DNA from: Felis catus
Lineage: Eukaryota
Length of the DNA: 64,000 bases
NCBI RefSeq assembly: GCF_018350175.1
Contig: NC_058368.1
Span: 5,766,001-5,830,000, forward strand
Direction: 5' to 3'
Shown here: piece by piece, positions 55,491 through 64,000 of the stretch
How positions within the stretch are numbered: the stretch's first letter is position 1
How the letters are laid out: each line of letters begins with the position of its first letter
Position numbers and translations under genes: made by a program
Notes under the pieces: generated by a model
Databases searched by the model: none
What the model saw: the letters and a program-made list of their open reading frames with translations, nothing else
Told to the model about the DNA's origin: nothing

Positions 55491-58400
55491 ATGACTCTCA
55501 ACCCGTATCTTTCTATAATAACACTGAATGTAAATGGATTAAATGCACCAACCAAAAGACATAGGGTATCAGAATGGATAAAAAAACAAGACCCATCTAT
55601 TTGCTGTCTACAAGAGACTCATTTTAGACCTGAGGACACCTTTAGATTGAGAGTGAGGGGATGGAGAACTATTTATCATGCTACTGGAAGCCAAAAGAAA
55701 GCTGGAGTAGCCATACTTATATCAGACAAACTAGACTTTAAATTAAAGGCTGTAACAAGAGATGAAGAAGGACATTATATAATAGTTACAGGGTCTATCC
55801 ATCAGGAAGAGCTAACAATTATAAATGTCTATGCGCCGAATACCGGAGCCCCCAAATATATAAAACAATTACTCATAAACATAAGCAACCTTATTGATAA
55901 GAATGTGGTAATTGCAGGGGACTTTAACACCCCACTTACAGAAATGGACAGATCATCTAGACACACGGTCAATAAAGAAACAAGGGCCCTGAATGAGACA
56001 TTGGATCAGATGGACTTGACAGATATATTTAGAATGCTGCATCCCAAAGCAACAGAATATACTTTCTTCTCGAGTGCACATGGAACATTCTCCAAGATAG
56101 ATCATATACTGGGTCACAAAACAGCCCTTCATAAGTTTACAAGAATTGAAATTATACCATGCATACTTTCAGACCACAATGCTATGAAGCTTGAAATCAA
56201 CCACAGGAAAAAGTCTGGAAAACCTCCAAAGGCATGGAGGTTAAAGAACACCCTACTAACGAATGAGTGGGTCAACCAGGCAATTAGAGAAGAAATTAAA
56301 AAATATATGGAAACAAACGAAAATGAAAATACAACAATCCAAACGCTTTGGGACACAGCGAAGGCAGTCCTGAGAGGAAAATACATTGCAATCCAGGCCT
56401 ATCTCAAGAAACAAGAAAAATCCCAAATACAAAATCTAACAGCACACCTAAAGGAACTAGAAGCAGAACAGCAAAGGCAGCCTAAACCCAGGAGAAGAAG
56501 AGAAATAATAAAGATCAGAGCAGAAATAAACAATATAGAATCTAAAAAAACTGTAGAGCAGATCAACGAAACCAAGAGTTGGTTTTTTGAAAAACTAAAT
56601 AAAATTGACAAACCTCTAGCCAGGCTTCTCAAAAAGAAAAGGGAAATGACCCAAATAGATAAAATCATGAATGAAAATGGAATTATTACAACCAATCCCT
56701 CAGAGATACAAACAATTATCAGGGAATACTATGAAAAATTATATGCCAACAAATTGGACAACCTGGAAGAAATGGACAAATTCCTGAACACCCACACTCT
56801 TCCAAAACTCAATCAGGAGGAAATAGAAAGCTTGAACAGACCCATAACCAGCGAAGAAATTGAATCGGTTATCAAAAATCTCCCAACAAATAAGAGTCCA
56901 GGACCAGATGGCTTCCCAGGGGAGTTCTACCAGACGTTTAAAGCAGAGATAATACCTATCCTTCTCAAGCTATTCCAAGAAATAGAAAGGGAAGGAAAAC
57001 TTCCAGACTCATTCTATGAAGCCAGTATTACTTTGATTCCTAAACCAGACCGAGACCCAGTAAAAAAAGAGAACTACAGGCCAATATCCCTGATGAATAT
57101 GGATGCAAAAATTCTCAATAAGATACTAGCAAATCGAATTCAACGGCATATAAAAAGAATTATTCACCATGATCAAGTGGGATTCATTCCTGGGATGCAG
57201 GGCTGGTTCAACATTCGCAAATCAATCCATGTGATACATCACATTAACAAAAAAAAGAGAAGAACCATATGATCCTGTCAATCGATGCAGAAAAGGCCTT
57301 TGACAAAATCCAGCACCCTTTCTTAATAAAAACCCTTGAGAAAGTCGGGATAGAAGGAACATACTTAAAGATCATAAAAGCCATTTATGAAAAGCCCACA
57401 GCTAACATCATCCTCAACGGGGAAAAACTGAGAGCTTTTTCCCTGAGATCAGGAACACGACAAGGATGCCCACTCTCACCGCTGCTGTTTAACATAGTGC
57501 TGGAAGTTCTAGCATCAGCAATCAGACAACAAAAGGAAATCAAAGGCATCAAAATTGGCAAAGACGAAGTCAAGCTTTCGTTTTTTGCAGATGACATGAT
57601 ATTATACATGGAAAATCCGATAGACTCCACCAAAAGTCTACTAGAACTGATACATGAATTCAGCAAAGTTGCAGGATACAAAATCAATGTACAGAAATCA
57701 GTTGCATTCTTATACACTAACAATGAAGCAACAGAAAGACAAATAAAGAAACTGATCCCATTCACAATTGCACCAAGAAGCATAAAATACCTAGGAATAA
57801 ATCTAACCAAAGATGTAAAGGATCTGTATGCTGAAAACTATAGAAAGCTTATGAAGGAAATTGAAGAAGATTTAAAGAAATGGAAAGACATTCCCTGCTC
57901 ATGGATTGGAAAAATAAATATTGTCAAAATGTCAATACTACCCAAAGCTATCTACACATTCAATGCAATCCCAATCAAAATTGCACCAGCATTCTTCTCG
58001 AAACTAGAACAAGCAATCCTAAAATTCATATGGAACCACAAAAGTCCCCGAATAGCCAAAGGAATTTTGAAGAAGAAGACCAAAGCAGGAGGCATCACAA
58101 TCCCAGACTTTAGCCTCTACTACAAAGCTGTCATCATCAAGACAGCATGGTATTGGCACAGAAACAGACACATAGACCAATGGAATAGAATAGAAACCCC
58201 AGAACTAGACCCACAAACGTATGGCCAACTCATCTTTGACAAAGCAGGAAAGAACATCCAATGGAAAAAAGACAGCCTCTTTAACAAATGGTGCTGGGAG
58301 AACTGGACAGCAACATGCAGAAGGTTGAAACTAGACCACTTTCTCACACCATTCACAAAAATAAACTCTAAATGGATAAAGGACCTAAATGTGAGACAGG

Positions 58401-59314
58401 AAACCATCAAAACCTTAGAGGAGAAAGCAGGAAAAGACCTCTCTGACCTCAGCCGTAGCAATCTCTTACTCGACACATCCCCAAAGGCAAGGGAATTAAA
58501 AGCAAAAGTGAATTACTGGGACCTTATGAAGATAAAAAGCTTCTGCACAGCAAAGGAAACAACCAACAAAACTAAAAGGCAACCAACGGAATGGGAAAAG
58601 ATATTCGCAAATGACATATCGGACAAAGGGCTAGTATCCAAAATCTATAAAGAGCTCACCAAACTCCACACCCGAAAAACAAATAACCCAGTGAAGAAAT
58701 GGGCAGAAAACATGAATAGACACTTCTCTAAAGAAGACATCCGGATGGCCAACAGGCACATGAAAAGATGTTCAGCGTCGCTCCTTATCAGGGAAATACA
58801 AATCAAAACCACACTCAGGTATCACCTCACGCCAGTCAGAGTGGCCAAAATGAACAAATCAGGAGACTCTAGATGCTGGAGAGGATGTGGAGAAACGGGA
58901 ACCCTCTTGCACTGTTGGTGGGAATGCAAATTGGTGCAGCCGCTCTGGAAAGCAGTGTGGAGGTTCCTCAGAAAATTAAAAATAGACCTACCCTATGACC
59001 CAGCAATAGCACTGCTAGGAATTTATCCAAGGGATACAGGAGTACTGATGCATAGGGCCACTTGTACCCCAATGTTCATAGCAGCACTCTCAACAATAGC
59101 CAAATTATGGAAAGAGCCTAAATGTCCATCAACTGATGAATGGATAAAGAAATTGTGGTTTATATACACAATGGAATATTACGTGGCAATGAGAAAAAAT
59201 GAAATATGGCCTTTTGTAGCAACGTGGATGGAACTGGAGAGTGTGATGCTAAGTGAAATAAGCCATACAGAGAAAGACAGATACCATATGGTTTCACTCT
59301 TATGTGGACCCTGA
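55491..59314 (+). pseudogene. LINE-1 ORF2p (EN-RT-Cys domains) interrupted by one frameshift at 57249-57256
   Basis: EN motifs (NVNGLN, LQETH, GDFNTPL, SDHNA), RT motifs (QGCPLSP, FADDM) and Cys-rich end (CWRGC..HCWWEC). Split into two ORFs that join if the A8 run is A9, giving 1274 aa. Confidence 0.92.
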
Positions 59315-60859
59315 GAAATTAACAGGAACCCATGGGGGAGGGGAAGGAAAAAAAAAAAAACAGGTTAGAGTGGGAGAGAGCCAAAGCATAAGAGACTCTT
59401 AAAAACTGAGAACAAACTGAGGGTTGATGGGGGGTGGGAGGGAGGAGAGGGTGGGTGATGGGTATTGAGGAGGGCACCTTTTGGGATGAGCACTGGGTGT
59501 TGTATGGAAACTAATTTGTCAATAAATTTCATATAAAAAAAAAATAAATGGTCAGTAGGAAGAGCAAAAAAAAAAAATAAATAAAACTAGTGCTTCTGTG
59601 CTGTGTCTCGGGCTGAGTTATTTAATATCTTGGCTCTTTCAGGATGGGGACTCCATTTCCTGTTGCCCTCTGGCTTTCCCAGAGTTAAGCGCACTGATAT
59701 TAAAGTACCCAGAGTTAAGCCCTGCCGATTTTAAAAGTTCCCTGAGTTAAGTCTTCCTGGTTTTCCAAGCCAGACATTATGGTCTCCAGCCCCGAGTGTG
59801 CCTGTGTGGGGTCCGAGCCTCTCATTTTTTCATGCTTGTGATGTCCCTCCCGTTTGTGGGTAGTCTCCCTGGGGGGTTCCCTTCCCGGTGGCGTCTCTGC
59901 CCCTCCTGCCCATTGGGTCTTGGCCTCTTCTGCATGATTAGCGGTGGAAGGTCTGTGCTGACGGTCTTCAGGTGTCTTCAGAGTTAGTCACCGAGGTGTG
60001 GCTGTTATTTCGGTACGTACATGGGATGGGGTGAGCTCGGGATCCCCCTATTTTGCGCCGTTCCCCAAATTCCTGTTACTATTCACAACACTTTTTTGAG
60101 ATGCGTACTATTTTACCCTCCTCTTACAGACCAAGAGACCGAAGTACGGAGTGACGAAGGTGACTGGCCTGGGTCACGTGGTGGTGCCACTCCAGCCATC
60201 AGTTACTCCCTGATGACCTCTGTTTCCTCTCTGGATGCTTCCAGCAGCATGTCTCTGGTGTATGAGGGTGTGTGTACAGCTGTCTCTTCTTTTTCATCTT
60301 GGTCCCCATCGACAGGTTCTTTTCAGCAAAGACTGTGCCTTTCTTCAGCCGTGTAAGTGATCTTCCAAATGCTTTTCACGGATTCCCCACCTTCCCTGTC
60401 CTGTCCCTTCCTTTTTGTAGTCACTCTCAGTTCGCTGTTGAGCATTCTCGATTGATTCTCTACATTTCCTATCTCTTCTTTCATAACCTCTTCTTTTTTC
60501 TCTATAGCGTAGGATATTGACAAACTCTTTCTTCCAGACCCCCGTTTGTATTTACTTTATCTTACAATATTATTTTTAATTGTCAGGAACTCTTCCGCAT
60601 TTTTTACTTTGTCCTTTTTCATACCATTATTTCTTTGTTTTATGGATGTATTCTCAAAAATGGCTGAATGTATAATTGCAGTTTTTTTTTTTTGTTAAAA
60701 CGTGTTGTAGTTTACAAATTATTGGTGTAATTTTAGAAGTGATTTGAAAACACTTTGCCTTTCTATTCTGTGCTGTTGATTTTCCAAAATACTGATTAAA
60801 AGTGGCAGGATGTCTCTGAAGAGAATTGCCTGTGAAATACCGTGACGGGCCATTTTGGA

Positions 60860-61120
60860 GCAGTACGGTGAAGTGTTTGAAACAAAGACATTGCAGCCGG
60901 AGTGCCTAGCTTGGAATTCTCACGTCATCATTTATAACTGGAGTGACCTCGGGAAAATTACTGAACTTCTTTGTTTCACTTTCTCCATTTGTAAAGTGGG
61001 GATATTAACACCCCCTGCTTTGTAGCACTGTTGTGGTGATGAAATATGATCGTATGTGTAGGGTGCTCAGGGCCTGGGACAGAGTAGGACCTATATTAAG
61101 CGTTGCTCCTGCCACTCCTG
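60860..61120 (+). mobile_element. MIR
   Basis: 'gtgacctcgggaaaattactgaacttct...ttctccatttgtaaagtggggatattaac' core. Confidence 0.7.
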
Positions 61121-61464
61121 TGGTGATAACTATAATCATGATGATAATGAGGGTGAGGCTGAAGAGATGGGACACTGCTTGTGAGACCTTAGAGTCCAGC
61201 AAAGCGAATCAAATTGCTTTGCAAAGTAAGATATGAAGACTTTTTAGTTTGTGTGGCATCCTGAGAAGTAGAGTTAAAAGGCTAGAAAAACAGGAAGGCC
61301 GGGTGGGAGATGAGAAGTGAGGACAGAAACTGGGCTGAAATTGCAGTAAGGAAGCAGGAGTCCAAGAAGGGGCTAACTGGAAGCTGACTTTGGCAGAAGA
61401 AGCCAGAAAACTCACAATGATAAAGGACATACCATTCTAAGTCTCTTGTTTTGCTGGTCCAATA

Positions 61465-62250
61465 TGAGCTGGGAGGGTTAACCCCAGCAGACCTGGAATT
61501 GACCTGAACTGTTGTACTGAGGACCATACAGGGCACTAACCCCTGGTCAAGCTACGGAATGTGCTGTAGGGAGTGATAGTGTTTCTTTGTAACCGTGGGT
61601 CCGATGAGTTTGTACCAGCTTGTGAGCGTTGTTTACTGTTAAAGGTAAGAATCATGATCTGCACCTTGTCTCGGCGAGACCCGCTTGTCCCCAGGGCGCC
61701 TTGCTATTTGGATTGGTTCTATATCCAATCAAGAGCATGCCTAGAGGGCATAAGAAACAGCTCGGGGCGCCTGGGTGGCTCCGTCGACTTCGGCTCAGGT
61801 CGTGATCTCAAGGTCCGTGAGTTCGAGCTCCGCGTCCGGCTCTGCGCCGACAGCTCAGAGCCTGGAGCCTGTTTCAGATTCTGCATCTCCCTCTCTCTCT
61901 CTGACCCTCCCCTGCTCATGCTCTGTCTCTCTCTGTCTCAAAAATAAATGTTAAAAAAAACCAAAAAGAAACAGCTAAGGTTATATTTTGGACTCTGGTT
62001 TTGAGATTTTCCGTGCACAAGTCAGTAAATTCCTATCCGAGACAGAGAAAGGGTCTGCACTGGCCCTCACAGAGGGAGATTCTGGGAGCTGGTGCCTGGC
62101 CTCTGGGAGCTGGTGTTGCTTTGGGGCCGCCTCTGACTGTGATGTATTGCCTTACTTCAGTGCTATTGCTAAAGTATATCCTTTTCCTGCAATAAACTGT
62201 AAATGAGAAAGCTTTGTCACGTTGAGTCCTGTCTCTTTAGCAGTCAAACT
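61465..62250 (+). mobile_element. ERVL LTR, MER77/MER68/MER21-like, interrupted by a SINE
   Basis: Start 'tgagctgggagggttaaccccagcagacctgg'; 3' part 'tatccttttcctgcaataaactgtaa...gagtcctgt'. Confidence 0.5.
61764..61965 (+). mobile_element. SINEC_Fc
   Basis: TSD aagaaacagct at 61752-61762 and 61966-61976. Confidence 0.92.
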
Positions 62251-62364
62251 TAGGATGACCACTCCATCCCTGTTCACCCAGGGCTGTCCTGATTTTAGCA
62301 CTGGAAGTCCAACATCCCAGGAGAACCATCAGTCCCAGGCAAACGGGCATAGTTGGTCATCCCA
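62251..62364 (+). mobile_element. MER81-like hAT-Blackjack MITE (114 bp)
   Basis: TIRs taggatgacca...tggtcatccca; centre 'ttttagcactggaagtcc'. Confidence 0.75.
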
Positions 62365-63367
62365 ACATTTGTGCAAGTATATTTCCCCTTCTTCCTTACC
62401 CACTCCCACCCCACATTTCAAATATTCAGTTAAAAAAAAATTCCATTAGTTGTTCTGTGTTCGGGACATTTAAGCAAATCAAAGAAAAAAGACTGTGCTC
62501 CAAGTTTAAGTTGAAGAAAGGTAGAGAGAAGGCAACAGCTTCAAGTGGATGAAAAAGAAATCAAGGATTCTACTTGAGGTGAGAAATGGGAGAGGAGATG
62601 AGTAGTAGAAACAGAAGATCTGAGGATCCTTGGATGGATTGAAGAAGGATGCCGTATTTTCCCTAGTAGTCTGACTGTGGTTCTATCTAGTTTTATTTGA
62701 ACACCAGAGGAAGGAAGGATTTGAGCAGCTGGAGGAGGTGAGAGCACCCAGAACTGCAGCCTTGAGCGGCGCGATTAGAAATGTAGCAGTGCTCTCTCCC
62801 TCCTTCCGTCCCCCGAGGCCCATGAGGAGGGGACATCCATGGCCGTGGCCACAGGGGTATGGGCCTCAGGTCAGCAGAAAAGATGGATATTCTTGGAGGG
62901 GGGATTCCCTTCCGGGAGCATGGCAGCTGCATGGGATTCGCGGGGTCCCTCTTGCTTGTGCCCAGGATACGTTGGGAAAGGCAAGGTCAGGGGGAGAGGC
63001 ATCTGGACAGCTTCACTGCCTGGCTCATCGCGGGGGGGGGGGGGGGGGGGTCGGGTTCCACTGCGTTTGTTCTCCTTAACGAGGAAAATTGCAACTTTCT
63101 AAATATAAATGACACACATAAAAGGGGAAGGACTCACTTTTCTAAGAAGGTGTTGGTGTTGTTTCCCCTAAAGGCACACAAAATTGTGACGAAGTTGGCT
63201 TCTCAAAGTCCTTGGGTCTAAGTTTATTATCTTGTTTTAGGGGCATAAACTGGTTGAAGTAGGTTTGCTCTTATTTTCAACTTGGAAGTCCAATAAACTG
63301 TGCTGCCCAAAATAGGAAAATAAATTGTAGATACTTAAATAACTGGAGATTTCTTAATCCTGGGTCC

Positions 63368-63640
63368 TTTTTTTAAGGTTGAGATATAGTTGACATAACA
63401 TTATATTAGTATCAGGTGTACAAGGTGATGACTCAATATTTGCAGATACAGCGAAATGATCACCATTGTTGTGACTTACTGGTCTAGTTAACATCCATCA
63501 CCACACAGGGCTACAATTTTTTGTGGGTGTGGTTAGAACTCTTAGGTCTACTACAGCAACTTTCAAATATACAATTCAGTATCATTAACTGTATCATGTT
63601 ATACATTGTATTCCCAGGACTTATTTATGTAGTGGGATTG
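63368..63640 (-). mobile_element. L1MA-type 3' end fragment
   Basis: 'ttgagatatagttgacataacattatattag...ctagttaacatccatcacc...caactttcaaatatacaat'. Confidence 0.8.
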
Positions 63641-63903
63641 TTCTTTGTGTATCACCTAGAAAATTCAGTAAGTTTTGACTAAAATCATCTATTTTCCAAA
63701 AATGAGTTGTAGATACATAAAAGGGACTGACAGAGCAGCCATTTATATAAAAATAATGCCATTCAAGATGGCAGACAAGGAGTTTTGCATTTCTAAGAAG
63801 GATCACTGCCTAAAGTATCATTTGACACGGTGTCATGCAATTTATGATGGGTGGGGGCATTTACTCCAATCTGAAAAACATGATTTCTTTTTCAATTAAA
63901 AAT

Positions 63904-64000
63904 AGGGTACCTAGGCGGCTCAGTCAGTTGAGTGTTCGACTCTTGATTTCAGCTCAGGTCATAATCCCGGGGCTGTGGCATTGAGCCCCATGCCAGTCTC
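63904..64000 (+). mobile_element. Can-SINE head, cut by the window end
   Basis: gggtacctaggcggctcagtcagttgagtgttcgactcttgatttcagctcaggtc. Confidence 0.85.

Larger units (their letters stand above)
53904..59582 (+). mobile_element. Young felid LINE-1 (L1_Fc-type), ~5.7 kb, probably truncated within the 5'UTR
   Basis: Perfect TSD aaaactagtgcttct at 53889-53903 and 59583-59597, at a TTTT/AAAA endonuclease site; contains 5'UTR, ORF1, 50-bp spacer, ORF2, G-rich 3'UTR and A tail. Confidence 0.97.
47080..60070 (-). mobile_element. Old decayed near-full-length L1 (L1_Carn/L1MA-like) hosting nested SINEs, an L1 fragment and the young L1
   Basis: Minus-strand relics in order: ORF2 C-terminus ([27 protein letters not shown], 47358-47546), endonuclease ([27 protein letters not shown], 50760-51029), ORF1 (VTYKGNPIRPSADLS, 52245-52460). 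The GC-rich 5'UTR spans ~53100-53903 and resumes at 59583-60070. Boundaries are approximate. Confidence 0.85.

Noticed and set aside
54744..58476. Antisense ORFs inside the young L1
   Set aside because: Shadow frames of the A-rich ORF1/ORF2.

Overview
This is mammalian genomic DNA from a felid (cat-like), judged from about 20 SINEC_Fc-type Can-SINEs and a young L1_Fc-type LINE-1. The only host coding gene I can support is SHISA2 on the minus strand: two coding exons (22147-21814 and 18151-17598, 295 aa), a CpG-island promoter, a long GC-rich leader with three uORFs, and a poly(A) signal at 15929-15934. The first ~4.1 kb is probably the distal 3'UTR of the convergent neighbour ATP8A2; this rests on synteny only, as no coding exon is visible. 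The rest is intergenic. It holds a second CpG island with no obvious gene (~39.85-40.75 kb), two convergent CTCF motifs bracketing SHISA2, and many LTR, DNA and SINE relics. From 47 to 60 kb there is an old, decayed, near-full-length minus-strand L1. A young L1 has inserted into its 5'UTR; it has a 15-bp TSD, intact ORF1, an ORF2 broken by one missing A, and a 17-bp 3' transduction. I found no convincing novel multi-gene system. The best leads are regulatory and retrotransposon-related. Repeat subfamily names are from visual recognition and need Dfam/RepeatMasker confirmation.
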